This document shows, in pieces, positions 14,244 to 33,880 of a stretch of 64,000 nt of DNA (position 1 is the first letter of the stretch; each line of letters opens with the position of its first letter). The stretch spans positions 7,389,143 through 7,453,142 of the forward strand of contig CM119270.1 of the NCBI GenBank assembly GCA_051294375.1. Direction: 5' to 3'. This DNA comes from Paraspadella gotoi. Taxonomy: Eukaryota > Animalia > Chaetognatha. The position numbers and the translations under genes were made by a program. The notes under the pieces were generated by a model. It ran no database searches and was not told where the DNA came from. It saw nothing but the letters and a program-made list of their open reading frames with translations.

Positions 14244-14516
14244 TACATCTGGAACTGGTTTCCAGAAACCACTGATGCTAAATCTCAATTAAACCGGTGC
14301 AAATTTTACTTTTTGTTTACAAACATATTTACAAATTTGTTTCCCCCTCTTTACTCCCGAAATGTAAATTGTATGTCATATGTATATTCGGTCATTTTAT
14401 TATGTAAGCTTTAAGACAAGCCAGTTATACAAAACTGAAAAGTTAGATTATGATAAATTTGACAAAGCTGCACAACACGACAAAGTCAAAATTTTATAAC
14501 GGGGAGAAAAGAAAGA

Positions 14517-14578
<62 letters not shown>

Positions 14579-14588
14579 GGAGACGGTG

Positions 14589-15217
14589 TCATCGCCTGTA
14601 TCCATCAGGCAGGACGTGCTCGTTCCCGTGTTCATCAATGACCCTAAAAGCAAAAGGTCCCAACGTCGGCGGTCGAACGTTTTCGTTCCACCAGGGGCGA
14701 CGAGAGGACGCTGACGTCGTCGTCGTCGTCGTCGTCGGTCGCCGCCGAGATCCTCTCCCTTTTCCCGTCGAATTTGTCTTCTGTTTCGATTTTCTTTCGC
14801 CACTCAAGAGGGCGTTCGAGTGGCGATTTACGCCAGATAGGCGACCGCCATCTATGACGCCAATCTTGACGCCATCAACGTTGCCCTTTCTGTCAAAATC
14901 GTCCATTTTGTCGTCGTTGTTGTTGTTGTTGTTCGGTTTTTCCCATTTTGGCGAAAGAATATTCGACTCGAATTTCCCCGTCGACGTTGTCGTCGTTGTC
15001 GTCGTCGGCGTTGTTGTCGTTTTAGTCGGGGAGTTTTTCGAAGGAAAAGACTGATTCTCCGCTGTGCGTCGACGTTGAATTCTGGAAGAGGAAGACGACG
15101 ACGACGATGACGACGACGAAGACGAAGACGGTCGCTTCCTATTTGTTCGGATTCTGTTCGGAAAATAAATTTTGAATCGCGGCTGCGGAGTTGACGACGA
15201 CAACGACGACGATGACA

Positions 15218-15248
<31 letters not shown>

Positions 15249-15614
15249 TGACGTCTCCGGAATTTCGTTCGTTTCTTCGCCGCCTTCGACGGCGCCGTTC
15301 TCTCCCGGCGCCGATCCTCCTCGTCTCGAAGACCCGGCGTTATTTCTTCCTCTTCCGCCGGAAGATGATCCGGATGAGACCGCGACGCCGAGAGAACTTC
15401 CGGCAGATTTCCTCCCGAACGGAACTCCGTTGGTCGAAGAAATTCGGTTGACGGTGAAACGACCTCGAGAAATGGATCCGGTTTCCGGCGGATTCCGTCG
15501 CGAAGTTTCCGGCCGAATCGGCTTGACGACCTCGTTGGAAACGGAAGCCGGTTTAGACGCCGGTTTGGGTGAGGCGCGGGTGGGGTAAGGAGGGGTAGGG
15601 GGCAGGGTGGGGGC
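14589..15614 (-). CDS. Intact copy of the terminal exon (341 aa, Ser/Thr/Gly/Arg-rich) of the minus-strand secreted-protein gene
   Basis: Acceptor 'ttattccatccag|GCC' at 15614, then 1026 nt open to TGA (APTLPPTPPYPTR...FRVIDEHGNEHVLPDGYRR*). Frameshifted copies at ~10711-11094 and ~19599-20593. Confidence 0.7.
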
Positions 15615-16118
15615 CTGGATGGAATAAATTATCGTTGTTAATTTAAAAGATTATAAAAATCAACGAAAATAGAAACAGAAAAATATGTTAANNNNNNNNN
15701 NGAATGAGGCAGGAACGATTTACATTTGTCATACAATGAAGCTTTACAAGTATAGACTATAGAGATATCCATAAAATTGCAATCCTAATATATCACTTAA
15801 AGATCTTTATGTGTAAATACTTTCTTTTTTGTAGTCGGTGTAGAGTACAAGATATTTTAATTATTTGCAACATCAATTTATTTTTAAAAGACGAACATGT
15901 TTCGGCTCAAATTCCAGCCTTCATCAGCGTCAAACTTTGAGCCGAAACCATGTTCGTCTTTTGAAAATAATTGTTTTGCAAATAATTAAACTGTCACTTA
16001 AAGATCGTAATTTAATTTTAGATGTACATTCAAAAAAAAAAGTTTCTTTCCATGAAACTGATCTTTCATTGAACCGCAATATGCAAATTACANNNNNNNN
16101 NNNNNNNNNNNNNNNNNC

Positions 16119-16628
16119 ATTGTTGTTGAGAGAGATAGAGATTAGTTAAAAACCTTTCTTTCTATTCAAACTCTCGCTCTATTGCTCTCTTCCAAATGAG
16201 CTTCGGTGTCTATTTATTTCAATTTTCCAATTCATTTAGTCTTGATTAACATTCCTCCAATACGATTAGGCTGCCAGCAATCTTTATCTCGTTCCGTCCT
16301 TCCTCGCTCCCCTCCCAGTGGCTGCGGCACAATGCAGCACCTCCCTCGCCCACTGAATCACACCGTGACCCTCGCCGGGCCGCGCAAAACAATCCTCCTC
16401 GGCGCGGGACGGCGTTCGTCCCGCGTCGCCGACTTCGGCCTCCGCGCGACGTCTTCGGATTTGGCTCCTACGAACAAAAGTCCGAAGTTCGGACTGCCGA
16501 TCCGATGGATGGCGGCCCGAGTTTCTGTTCAAGGGTGAAGCGGATGATGCTTCTGTTTCTTTTGGGGTATATTATTATTATTATTTGTTATTATTATTAT
16601 TATTATTATTAATTATTATATATATATA

Positions 16629-16664
<36 letters not shown>

Positions 16665-17400
16665 TATTATTTTATTATTATTTTTTATATTATTATTAAT
16701 GAAGTCAAACCTTTAAATTATCCCATCACAAATTCTTCCTTTCAACTTCCTATAATCCAGGGAACACTCGTCGTTGGCGAGCGACGTCCTGGAAGCTACG
16801 GGGTGCTCCCTGTTGGGATAGATCGTAACTCCTAGGAGCGACGCCCTATGGGCACATGAGGAGCGACGTGGTCATAGATTGGGTTAAGAGAGAGAAAAAA
16901 GAGAGAGACAGAGTTAAATGTTGATATTATAATAATAATACTATTTTTCTTTCAGGTTCGAGCGGGAATAAAGTTAGAAAAGCCTCAACATTGCGGGCAG
17001 CGACTTTTCTACCGCGTCATGGACAGCTGCTGGAATGGAAAAGGTAAGTTTCTTCCAAAAATCTACCCCAAAGAATAATAATTCGAAATCGATTGTTTCC
17101 ATTAATTCCTTACTTGTCTTCCAAACTTAACCCTACTCCTTACCTTCAGCCCGAGAAGCGCCGTTCCTTCGAAGAGCATCATCGGCCGCCTCCCTCGATT
17201 TTCTCGAATCGCAACGAAGATTCTCTCGCGATTCTTCCCAACTTCAAGAAATGCCTATCGAAAACTCCCGCCCCAACATGCCCTGAAAAAACGAAAAGTG
17301 CTTGAGACCCTCGCCCTCGCCCCTTCTCCCCTACCGCTCCAAAGATATTACGCCACTTTCTCACGTCTTCCCCTCCATAAACTGGACGCAAAGCGTCTTG
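16119..17400 (+). pseudogene. Third, heavily frameshifted copy of the RTK C-lobe exons (probably uncorrected long-read sequence rather than a true pseudogene)
   Basis: Collinear with ~7100-8500 but with dense 1-bp insertions throughout exons and introns; begins right after N-gap 16093-16117. Confidence 0.6.
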
Positions 17401-18674
17401 AATTTAATAGGACTAATCCATCAAAAACCGAGATGTTATGGAAGGACATGCGCTCAGCCTGGAGCACGCAACTCGTACGCTGCTAAGGCCGAATAACTAC
17501 AACAATGACGAAGCGTCTTCTTAGGGAATTGATAGAAGCCTGGCAAAAATAAACTTTATCAATCGCAAATTTATTATCTACTTTCTACATATAACCAAGA
17601 CCCTAGTCCCACCAGGATACCAAAAAAGTCCGAGTCTTAGAGTCTATGCCTGAGAAGACTAAACCCAGTGACACTAGAAGATACGTTGAATTCGATTAGT
17701 CTAATCGATTCTATCGTCCGCACCACAATCAGCTGTACACTCTTCTGCTCCGCGTAAAAAAATTTGAAGTACTACATCTCCCGATGCGATGACAAAATTG
17801 CTTCCATTTTTGCCAAATATTCTTTTCCCAAAAATGCTCGGCGCCGCTAAAGGGACTGCGGCATCCGTGATTCCCGTGATAACTTTTGCCCTTTCCCAAC
17901 ATTTTTTTGCTCTTTGTCTGCCATTGTGATTTTTTTTATAAATTTTTTTTTTCGCTTGGTGAAGAATTGATGATAATCCGTAAATGAAACCAAAAACCTT
18001 TTTCCCTAATAAATGATAAGTCTTAATTTTTTATAAAAAAACCTTTACATACGATATTTAATTAATTAATTAAATAATTAATTATTAATTAATTAAATAG
18101 CCCTAAATTGCAAGGCGCGGATACTTTCCCTTCAACTTTTGCTCTTTTCTCCTTTGATCTTTTTTAAAAAAATTTTTTTTTCGCTTGTGAGATTATGATA
18201 ATCGTAAATGACAAAAATTTTCTAATGAAGTATTTTAAAACCTACATACGATTATATTAATTATATAAATATAAAGATCTAATTGCGGCGGTAGCGGAAG
18301 TTCGCTAAAAGTGCATATTTGTGAATATATACATGAAAGATGATAATGATATTGCGACTGGCCAGTCCTGAGTGTCATACTGAGGTCATAACTGTTGCAC
18401 GACAGAGTGAGATTATGAATATCATGACTAAAACACGGCAGCGATGATCTCTTTATCATCTAACATTTTACATCTGCCATCGAATCTCTGCCATCGGATG
18501 GTATTTTTAATGTCTAAACCTCTTCTATATAGTTTAACAAAAAACATTTTAAAGAAATTTAAGAACATGGCAAAACAAACTTTTTAAACAAGAAAATCTA
18601 TTAAAATTTTCTACTTTGGTGGAATTAGGCGCTAATTTTACAGCCAAATTGTGCAAAACCAAAGCAACACAATA

Positions 18675-19256
18675 CAGTCCTGTGTTAAAAAAAAAAACGC
18701 GCCACTTTATTTAAGAGTTTAAAAATCACTTTTATACTTAAATTTTAAAAATAAAAAACAAACTTTTTTCCTTTAATGAAAAAATTTTTAAATAATTTAA
18801 AGTTTATTGAAAGATAATAAGTTTGGCATACATTTTATTAAAATTGTTCCATCCATTTAGCAGCAATGATTTTTTAAAAATGAAGTAATTCACACAAAGC
18901 TGAATGTAAAAAAATATTCAAGAATTAGGACTAATTTTTTTTCTGATATTTTAAAATATTTGAAATAGATTAAAAATAAAAAAAGTTATACGATTACCCA
19001 GATCCCAACTACAATTTCAGCCTTTTTTTCATTTTCCTAGTTAAAAATCCGTAGAGATAAAAAATCGATTTTCCCGTTTGGTTTTAAAACACTCACGTTT
19101 AAAAAATCATATCTCTTTAAACCACTTGACCGATCGAAATAAAATTTAAAACACATTTAATTCCTTTTTTAAAGTTTTATTTTTTATAAATTTTTAAATG
19201 TCTTTATAAACGTCTGGAATTTAATGTTTTAAAGTGGCGTTTTTTTGCACGGACTG
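18675..19256. mobile_element. Tc1/mariner-type MITE, copy within the duplicated block
   Basis: Same TIRs, TA flanks and flanking DNA as 9793-10376. Confidence 0.8.
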
Positions 19257-19516
19257 TACATCTGAACTGGTTTCCAGAAACCACTGATGCTAAATCTCAA
19301 TTAAACCGGTGCAAATTTTACTTTGTTTACAAACATATTTACAAATTGTTTCCCCCTCTTTACTCCCGAAATGTAAATTGTATGTCATATGTATATTCGG
19401 TCATTTTATTATGTAAGCTTTAAGACAACCAGTTATACAAAACTGAAAAGTTAGATTATGATAAATTTGACAAAGCTGCACAACACGACAAAGTCAAAAT
19501 TTTATTAAGGGGAGAG

Positions 19517-19565
<49 letters not shown>

Positions 19566-19598
19566 AGAGACAGAGAGAGAGAGAGAGAGAGGGAGACG

Positions 19599-22500
19599 GT
19601 GTCATCGCCTGTATCCATCAGGCAGGACGTGCTCGTTCCCGTGTTCATCAATGACCCTAAAAGCAAAAGGTCCCAACGTCGGCGGTCGAACGTTTTCGTT
19701 CCACCAGGGGCGACGAGAGGACGCCTGACGTCGTCGTCGTCGGTCGCCGCCGAGATCCTCTCCCTTTTCCCGTCGAATTTGTCTTCTGTTTCGATTTTCT
19801 TTCGCCACTCAAGAGGGCGTTCGAGTGGCGATTTACGCCAGATAGGCGACCGCCATCTATGACGCCAATCTTGACGCCATCAACGTTGCCCTTTCTTTCA
19901 AAATCGTCCATTTTGTCGTCGTTTTGTTGTTGTTGTGTCGGTTTTTCCCATTTTGGCGAAAAGATATTCGACTCGAATTTCCCCGTCGACGTTGTCGTCG
20001 TTGTCGTCGTCGTCGCGTGTTGTCGTTTTAGTCGGGGAGTTTTTCGAAGGAAAAGACTGATTCTCCGCTGTGCGTCGACGTTGAATTCTGGAAGAGGAAG
20101 ACGACGACGACGACGACGAAGACGGTCGCTTCCTATTTGTTCGGATTCTTTCGGAAAATAAATTTTGAATCGCGGCTGCGGAGTTGACGACGACAACGAC
20201 GACGATGACAACGACGACGACCGACGATGACGATGACGTCTCCGGAATTTCGTTCGTTTCTTCCCGACCTTCGACGGCGCCGGTCTCTCCGCGCCGATCC
20301 TCCTCGTCTCGAAGACCGGCGTTATTTTCTTCCTCTTCCGCCGGAAGATGATCCGGATGAGACCGCGACGCCGAGAGACTTCCGGCAGATTTCCTCCCGA
20401 ACGGAACTCCGTTGGTCGAAGAAATTCGGTTACGGTGAAACGACCTCGAGAAATGGATCCGGTTTCCGGCGGATTCCGTCGCGAAGTTTCCGGCCGATCG
20501 GCTTGACGACCTCGTTGGAAACGGAAGCCGGTTTAGACGCCGGTTTTGGGTGAGGCGCGGGTGGGTAAGGAGGGGTAGGGGGCAGGGTGGGGCCTGGATG
20601 GAATAAATTATCGTTGTTAATTTAAAAGATTATAAAAATCAACGAAAATAAAAACAGAAAAATATGTTAATGCAAAAATATGTTTCTATATGCAGAGTTA
20701 TTTTTAAAAAAAATTTGGAGACTGAACTTCACCATTCATTTTTAGCTAGATTAGTTAAATTTTTAAGTAGTTAGTAGTTTAGTAATTTTTTTTAATTTCG
20801 TACATAGAGATTTAGTTTTATCGTCGCCATTATTTTATGAATTTACATATATCTTTTGCAGCATCTATATACGTAAAAATAAACTGCACTATCCAATACT
20901 GCAAAACCCTATCCAATGCTACTCTACACTCTACACACCACAGTCTACAGCATCTCTTACTCCATGGACTTTTTCGGCAGCCGGAATGAGATTTACCCTC
21001 CTTATCGACAAAGCTAATTCATGAGGCGTCAAGCGCGAGCGAAGTGCTCGTCGAGAGGAACTGAAGCATCGGGCTTGGAAAAGAGGAATGAGGCAGGAAC
21101 GATTTACATTTGTCATACAATGAAGCTTTACAAGTATAGAGAATATCCATAAATTGCAATTCTAATATATCACTTAAAGATCTTTATGTGTAAATCTTTT
21201 TTTTTTGTAGGGAGTCGAAGTACAAGATATTTTAATTATTTCAACATCAATTTATTTTTAAAAGACGAACATGTTTCGGCTCAAAATTCCAGCCTTCATC
21301 AGCGTCAAACTTTGAGCCGAAAATGTTCGTCTTTTGAAAAATAAATTGTTGTTGAAATAATTAAACTGTCACTTAAAGATCGTAATTTTATTTTAGAGTG
21401 TACATTCAAAAAAAAAAGTTTCTTTCCTGAAACTGATCTTTCATTGAACCGCAATATGCAAATTACATAAGCGACGGATGGAAAAACATAGATATAAACT
21501 AGTTTTATCATATACATAAAAAAAAAAACATCTCGCGATGTTAAAATAGCTCCTTAGTTATAACAAGCGAGTATATTTGATTCGTGCGGCCGTTCATGCA
21601 AATTGCAAGGTTAATTCAAGTGCGTTGAATGAATCGAAGCTAAGCCATAAGTTGTTCAGACGAAGCAATTAATTAAGTCGTCAAAAAGAATGTCTTTCCA
21701 TATTACTTTTGTGGTCTTGCCCACGAGTGTTGATTCTTCCCTTCTTGGGGGAATCGTCCCCACGAAAATTCCTCTGACTCTATTTTGCTGAGCGACTTTG
21801 ATTTGTCGGAAGCAGCGATCTCGAAAGAGGGTGAGAGGTGATAAGGAAGAAAGGAAATGGTCGTGATTTAATGATAAGTCTCTCTCACTCAGTGGTTACT
21901 TTACAGTTTACAGGATATCCCCTCTGCAATTTACTTATAAAATTTTCTTTATTTTTTTTTTTAACGTATGGACTGTAATGATTTTGATCTGGCCCAATTC
22001 ACCATTACGAAACTCACTCAAAACAGGGTCGTCAACTTTGTCCCTCAAAATGGCGTCGTCCAATTTCTCCATCAGATTTGATGCCGAGACTTTTTCCCCT
22101 TGACTGGAACATATCTCCTGCATTCCCTGTATCAAATGAATAATAAAAGTCCCGATAGTCATTTTATGATAAATTTTATTGTTGCCCTTAATTGTCAAAC
22201 CGTTACACTTCTTGACTTCAGAAATAAAACATTTACAAAAAAAAAAAAAAAAAAAAATCCAATCCCAAACTAGGAACTGACCTGCAAGATCGGACCCACG
22301 AGGTCATTGAACGCCGGACAGTGTCTCACGGAAATCCGTTGCCGTGACGAACACGTCATCACGAATTGAGTTCTCAAGGTCACCAACGTTCTGGATTTCA
22401 GATTTCAGATTAGCAGCTTACGGTAAAAAGAAATTTAGGTCAAATATTATCAGTTGAGGTTCGTTATGTTTAGAACCAGGGCGGATTTAAACACAAATAT

Positions 22501-23435
22501 GTAAATGAGGAGAAAACTCACGCCAGCTTCAAGTCGAGGATGTTGACAAGAATGTGATCTCGACCGGAGTTGAAGCAGTGAACGAATTCACCGAGACGAG
22601 TTTGACCGCAGGGACCCGTGAGTAAATTGTAGAAGTGACTCTGGAAGGGGACCTGTAAAGAATATCGAGGGAAGGAAAAGACTAATGACGTGAAAGAAGA
22701 GGTAGAACGTTAATTAAACGTTTCGACTTTTAGCTATTCATAAATGGTGTGTCATTATCATTATCAATATAAATTATTTACATTACTAAAATCTCCGAAA
22801 GTATCATCATTAAAAGCGTCGTGAAAGCAACACAGTGCCATTAAAATTTTCACCCGAAAATGTCACGCAATTGCTTTCCAAAACGCCATCCCCCGACTAA
22901 CCTTAAAATGCCAGAGAGTGTCCAACAGGTAAAAGTTGTAGAGACATTGCTGATCGAACCATTTGCGTCGCGAAGCAATGGCGACGGGAATCAAAGCGGA
23001 TGTTCGTCGATGGCAGATTAAACGGAATGACGTCATCAGATCGTCCATTCTGTNNNNNNNNNNGGCAGATTAAACGGAAGGACGTCATCAGATCGTCCAT
23101 TCTGCGGTCGATGGTGGTTTGTGGATTGTGGAGGGAAAGGGTAAAGTGTGGGGGGGTTGATAAAGAGTGTGGGGTTATGAGGACACGACGGTTTGGAGAG
23201 TTTTTGAGGATTGTGGAAAGCGATGAGTTTTTACGTCAAAAGCGCCGTCAGGGATTAGGGTGGATTACAGATTTCGTATAGTTTCGTGGTGATCTTTGAT
23301 AGGGATGACATCGACTTACCTTTTAACTCGGACCCTCGATTCTTCTTCGCCGCTAGTCGTCGCTTCGACTTTTAAACAAAAGACACTTACAATCGAGGCG
23401 AAACAAAAGATGAGCGAGACGGTCGACGGCTTCAT
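19599..23435 (-). CDS. Uncharacterised secreted Cys-containing protein; exons 23435-23320, 23049-22902, 22652-22522, 22390-22282, 22126-22018, then either 21819-21656 (stop, ~258 aa) or 21073-20997 plus 20593-~19599 (~571 aa)
   Basis: Exon phases are all compatible with canonical GT donors. N-terminus MKPSTVSLIFCFASIVSVFCLKVEA is signal-peptide-like, followed by RVRVKR (furin-type site) and 8 Cys in the core. No family recognised. Confidence 0.75.
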
Positions 23436-23868
23436 CGTCCTAGATTTTCGCCTCTTTTAATAATAGACGGAATGACTTCTCGAAATTACTTTTAACCAAG
23501 TCGATATAAAGAACATCAATCGCCAATTTGATCCAAGCGAGAAAAGGATCGACTTAAAATGACGCGAAGAAATTGCATTGATGTCTGGATCGATGTTTTC
23601 GCTGTAGACGTCAAAAACGGCGTTTACTGTCTTCTGATGTAGATTTTAAAAATTTAGTTTTATATGAGATTCTGTTTCTATCGCCGAAAAGATCATTGAC
23701 TGCGGTCATTGTTTTTCACTTTAATTCGTTTGATTGTTTATTCTTTATTTATTAAAATTCAGCAAAGTTAGTACTTCTGTTTTTTGCCTTCAGAATTTTT
23801 TTAAGGAATTTTATCGTGATGATCACGGAGGTTTTTACGAAAAAGAGCCAGAGAGAGTGGGGAGAGTA

Positions 23869-23899
<31 letters not shown>

Positions 23900-24692
23900 G
23901 AGAGAGAGAGAGAGAGAGCAGTTTAAATCCAGCCGTCTATGAATCTAAAAAGCAAGCTCACAACGAACATCAATAAAATCCGGGAAATTTAAAAACGAAG
24001 AAAGAAAAACACAATTTTCAGGTTCAGTGAAGCGAAAAAAAAAGTAGGCAACGAAGTGGGTCAAACTCCTGAAATTTGATTCAAATTCAAAAGACCGACA
24101 ACAACAACAACAACGAGCAAAAGAACAACAAAAAGTTTCTTTTTTTCATGGTTCGCCGACGTTTCTCGTCAGACTTTTCCGAGCTTTCCGGATGGCGTGA
24201 AAGATCATCATGGGATTTTATTTAGAATTATACCTGCCTAAAAATTCACTATTGCCATCTAGTAGAGATCTACTCAAGTTTTTTGCGTAAGTATCATCAA
24301 ATCTTAGACATGATAAATTACGGCCTGATAAATGTAAAACAAACAGTTTTTATAGGTCATTTTAGGTAAAACGCGACATTTTACCATTTTTGAAAACTAA
24401 TGCCTGGCTTTAATGTCTAGGATAATTTAATCTTTGATTTAACCACAACAGAAACACCGCGTCTTGTGACTAATCGGGTGGCGAGAGATGATTTTGCAAT
24501 TTGAATACTAGGAAAGAACTCCGCTTCAAACTGTCGCCGCCACCTGGCGAGATTTTGAATTATGATCCGTTTACCTTCAGACGAAAAGCGGAAGAAAATT
24601 CGACTTTAATTAATTAATTGAATTCGCAAAATCGTGTAACGAGGTCGAGGGAAGAGAGGAGAGAGAGAGAGAGAGGAGGAGAGAGAGAGAGG

Positions 24693-24746
<54 letters not shown>

Positions 24747-25600
24747 GAGTGTAAAAGGTAGGACGAAGCCAGGTGGAGGATGTTTTTGAAGAAAAACAAT
24801 TTTCTTTAATTTATAAAACCCTACCTCATTTTTTAAATTTGAAAAGTTTTTACGCACTAAACTAGGCTGAACTAATATGGACAGAAAAATCTTCCCGACC
24901 CACTTGGCACCTTCGAAATTCAGACAATTGATTCACATGAGTGATGATTTTTTTAAGGCGTGATTCAAGAAGGAAAAGGACGCCTCCTCGTGACTCGGCA
25001 CTTGTTTCTCCTCAAATCAAATTGTTTCCAGTTTCCACACATCAGTTTTTACAGAGCGGAGCTGTTAGTGTTAGGATGGACAGGTGGTTTTAGGGCGAGC
25101 TGGCGACGCTTCAGCGGTCGGCGACATTTCTAATTACATCTGTTTCACATTTTCTATATCCATGTCATAAAATAATAAACGTCTAGTCAAAATGGTTCAC
25201 CGTTTAACATTTGTTAACCAAGACAAGAAATAACCTTCAGGAGAAAAATAGGGTTCGCTTTTGTTTGCCTGTTCAAAAAAAAAAAAAGAATTCTTGGCGA
25301 GAAAAAAAAAAAAACAGAAAAAAAAACTATCTTGAGATATTTACGAACCACTTCTTTAAATAAACTGCTCTTTTTTAGGAAAAAAAATTGAAATGTTCGA
25401 AAACATTTTTTAGCTAACAAGCTGTCTCTCAAACTATGTTGAAGACATTAAAATAAAAAAAAAATAAATTATAAGAACTAACCATTTACTTTTTAGATTA
25501 ACAATACATTATGATTACGTCCTAGGAGAAAGCAAAGACTGCATGACCATCATTGACCACCTGAGAGATAGATTAAGGAATTTATTCATTTTACGTTATT

Positions 25601-25703
<103 letters not shown>

Positions 25704-26362
25704 TCGCAAATGAAATCGTGTTGGCTGCCAACGAAAAATTCATCTTTTGTTTTTTGTCGAATTTTCAAAGGGAGAAAAAAAACTTTGGTTCGAATTTGCG
25801 ATTTACGGAAGAAGCTAAAAAAGAAAATAAAAAATAAAAACATAAATTTAATCGTAAAAAAACATTTTTTTCGTCTCGAAAATTTGAAAAAAAAGTTTAA
25901 ATGCGAAAAACATTTTTTCTGTGAAAAAAAAAACGAAACAAACAATTTTAAAATCGAAAATTTCGAAGATGAGAAAACGAATTCTGCCTGACGATGAAAA
26001 AAAAAGTCGAAAGAGAAAAAACTTTTAATCTAAAAGTGAATCAGAAAAAAATTTAAGAAAGTTTTGATATCAAACGACAATAACAAACATCTCGTCTTCG
26101 AAACGATTACTACTTTTGTAAAAGAAATAAAACATAACAAAATTAAATTAAATTATTAAAAAAATAATGAGTTATCGCTCCCGATTAGCCGCACTCTTAG
26201 CCGCTTATAAGTAAAGTTGCCTTCCAATATCAACCACATCACGAAAATAACTCCTTGCCTCTTTCTCTGCGATCACATATCACGTATCATCCTTTTAGAA
26301 TATATAAAATTTTGTCCTAAGATTCCTCTCACCATTTGCCACATCATCTCTGACCTCCAATC

Positions 26363-32061
<5,699 letters not shown>

Positions 32062-32225
32062 TAGTGGAAAAGCGAAGATTGAAATAATTGTTTTTATTTT
32101 ACAGAATTTTCTTCGCCGTTATTAAAGATTCTTGCTTAGGCTAATTGTATAATTAATCCTGCATAATTTTTGTTGATAATAAACTATTTACTGTTTTTCC
32201 TGTGTATAATTTCGCCAAACGCGAA

Positions 32226-32313
<88 letters not shown>

Positions 32314-32578
32314 AGAGCGAGAGCTCAAGACATAGCTTCACCGACTGATGTCCCTCGTTCTCTACTGTTTCGAGATCCTAACGTCATTCCGCCCCAAATC
32401 TCTTCCTCTGTTATGGTGTGTTATGGTGTTTCTTCTTTCGTTCCATCGACCGCGATCCTTATTTGGAGATTTTCTTTGTCTCCTTTTTTTTTCCTTTTTA
32501 GATTCTCGTGGTCTTTGGGCTTCGCGCTGTTCTGGGCCGTCTTTGTCTTTTTTTCTTTGTCTTTTTTCTTTCTTTAAT

Positions 32579-32658
<80 letters not shown>

Positions 32659-33804
32659 TCATTCTTTCTTTCTTTCTCTCTTTTTTTATTCATTTCTTTG
32701 TTTATTCTCCATCTCTTTCCTTTTTTTCTTTCCTCTCTTTCCTCCCTTTCCTCCCCACAAGCGCCTAAGCGGAACTGCTCCTCGTCCCGAACTCAATGTC
32801 GCGTGAAGAATCGAGCGACGCAGTCTCGATTTAGCGACCAACTTTATTTTTTTTGGCTTTAATTTAAGCTTTAGACATAAAGTTAAGTCAAATGTCAGTT
32901 ATATCTTGTGTCAATTAAATTACATTTATAAATGAGATCTGCGTTTTGTGAAGTAAATTTCGGTTTGATCAAAATTAGACAGGAATTTGTAGTATTCTGA
33001 TTATTATCGCCGAAAGAAAGATTTATTAATAAAAGCTTTATTATTTAGTATAAAAGTTGCATCTTTGATGAAATTTTGGCTCCCTTCTAACCGCGCCAAG
33101 AATTTTATATTTAAATAAACGCGATATCTATGAAAAATCTATCAGCTAATAAAATACAAGAAAATAAAAACTAAAAATAAAAATTGGGAAAAACGCGATA
33201 GCAAAGAAGATAGTTATTCTCAGCATAGTAAACTCGGATCTAGTCCAACGAGTAAAGAAGAAAGAAAGAAGGAAAAAGAAAATCGCTGCATCGGGTAAGT
33301 TTCGCCTCTTGCGATCAAGTTGGGTGAGATTCGCTCCTGCGGTGACCGGCGGTGGAGGACTTCTCACGGATTATTCTCGACCTTGTCAAAGTCACGCTCA
33401 GAATCACAGAATCACATAATGAGATCGTCGAATTCGAGGTATGGATAATTTGAGATGACTGAACATTAAGAGTATTATTTTGAATTCTCAAAATTATAAT
33501 GTACAATGTATAATGCATACTTTATTTTTCAACATTTCATTTTTTTTCCCCTTTTTCCTTTTTCCCCACATTTTCCACTTTTTCGTCTTCCACTTCGGTG
33601 ACTCTCCCTGTGCCAACGTTTGCCTGTCATCCCATCTCGTTATTTAAACAATCACTCATGCGTGACTCAAACCCACACATCTCTGTTTATCTATTTCCCA
33701 TGATTTTCTGTCCATTCCTTTATAATCTCTCTCTGGACAGTGGACACTTCTTAGTTCTTACTGGCCCCGACCCGCGCGTCCCCACTTCCCTCCTCCTCAC
33801 CTCT

Positions 33805-33880
<76 letters not shown>

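Larger units (their letters stand above)
7500..20670. repeat. Three tandem copies of a ~3.6-4.6 kb block (RTK 3' exons, intergenic DNA with MITE, terminal exon of the minus-strand gene): ~7500-11094, 11120-15690, 16119-20670
   Basis: The same sequences recur, e.g. 'ttagaatcttaatcgaaatctatcg' at 8881/12721 and 'gggagacggtgtcatcgcctg' at ~10703/14578/19591. Each junction is an N-run. 15702-16092 also duplicates ~21085-21468. Confidence 0.9.

Noticed and set aside
15172-15588. Plus-strand ORFs over the GC-rich exon (and similar antisense ORFs over the TRP, MCC, RTK and FAAH2 exons)
   Set aside because: Shadow frames of the real coding exon on the opposite strand.
23054-23103. Apparent duplicated exon start (MDDLxTSFRLIC twice)
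   Set aside because: About 40 bp overlap on either side of a 10-N gap; typical unmerged contig ends.
33146-33367. Minus-strand 73 aa hydrophobic ORF
   Set aside because: Hydrophobicity comes from T-rich DNA; non-ATG start and no other evidence.
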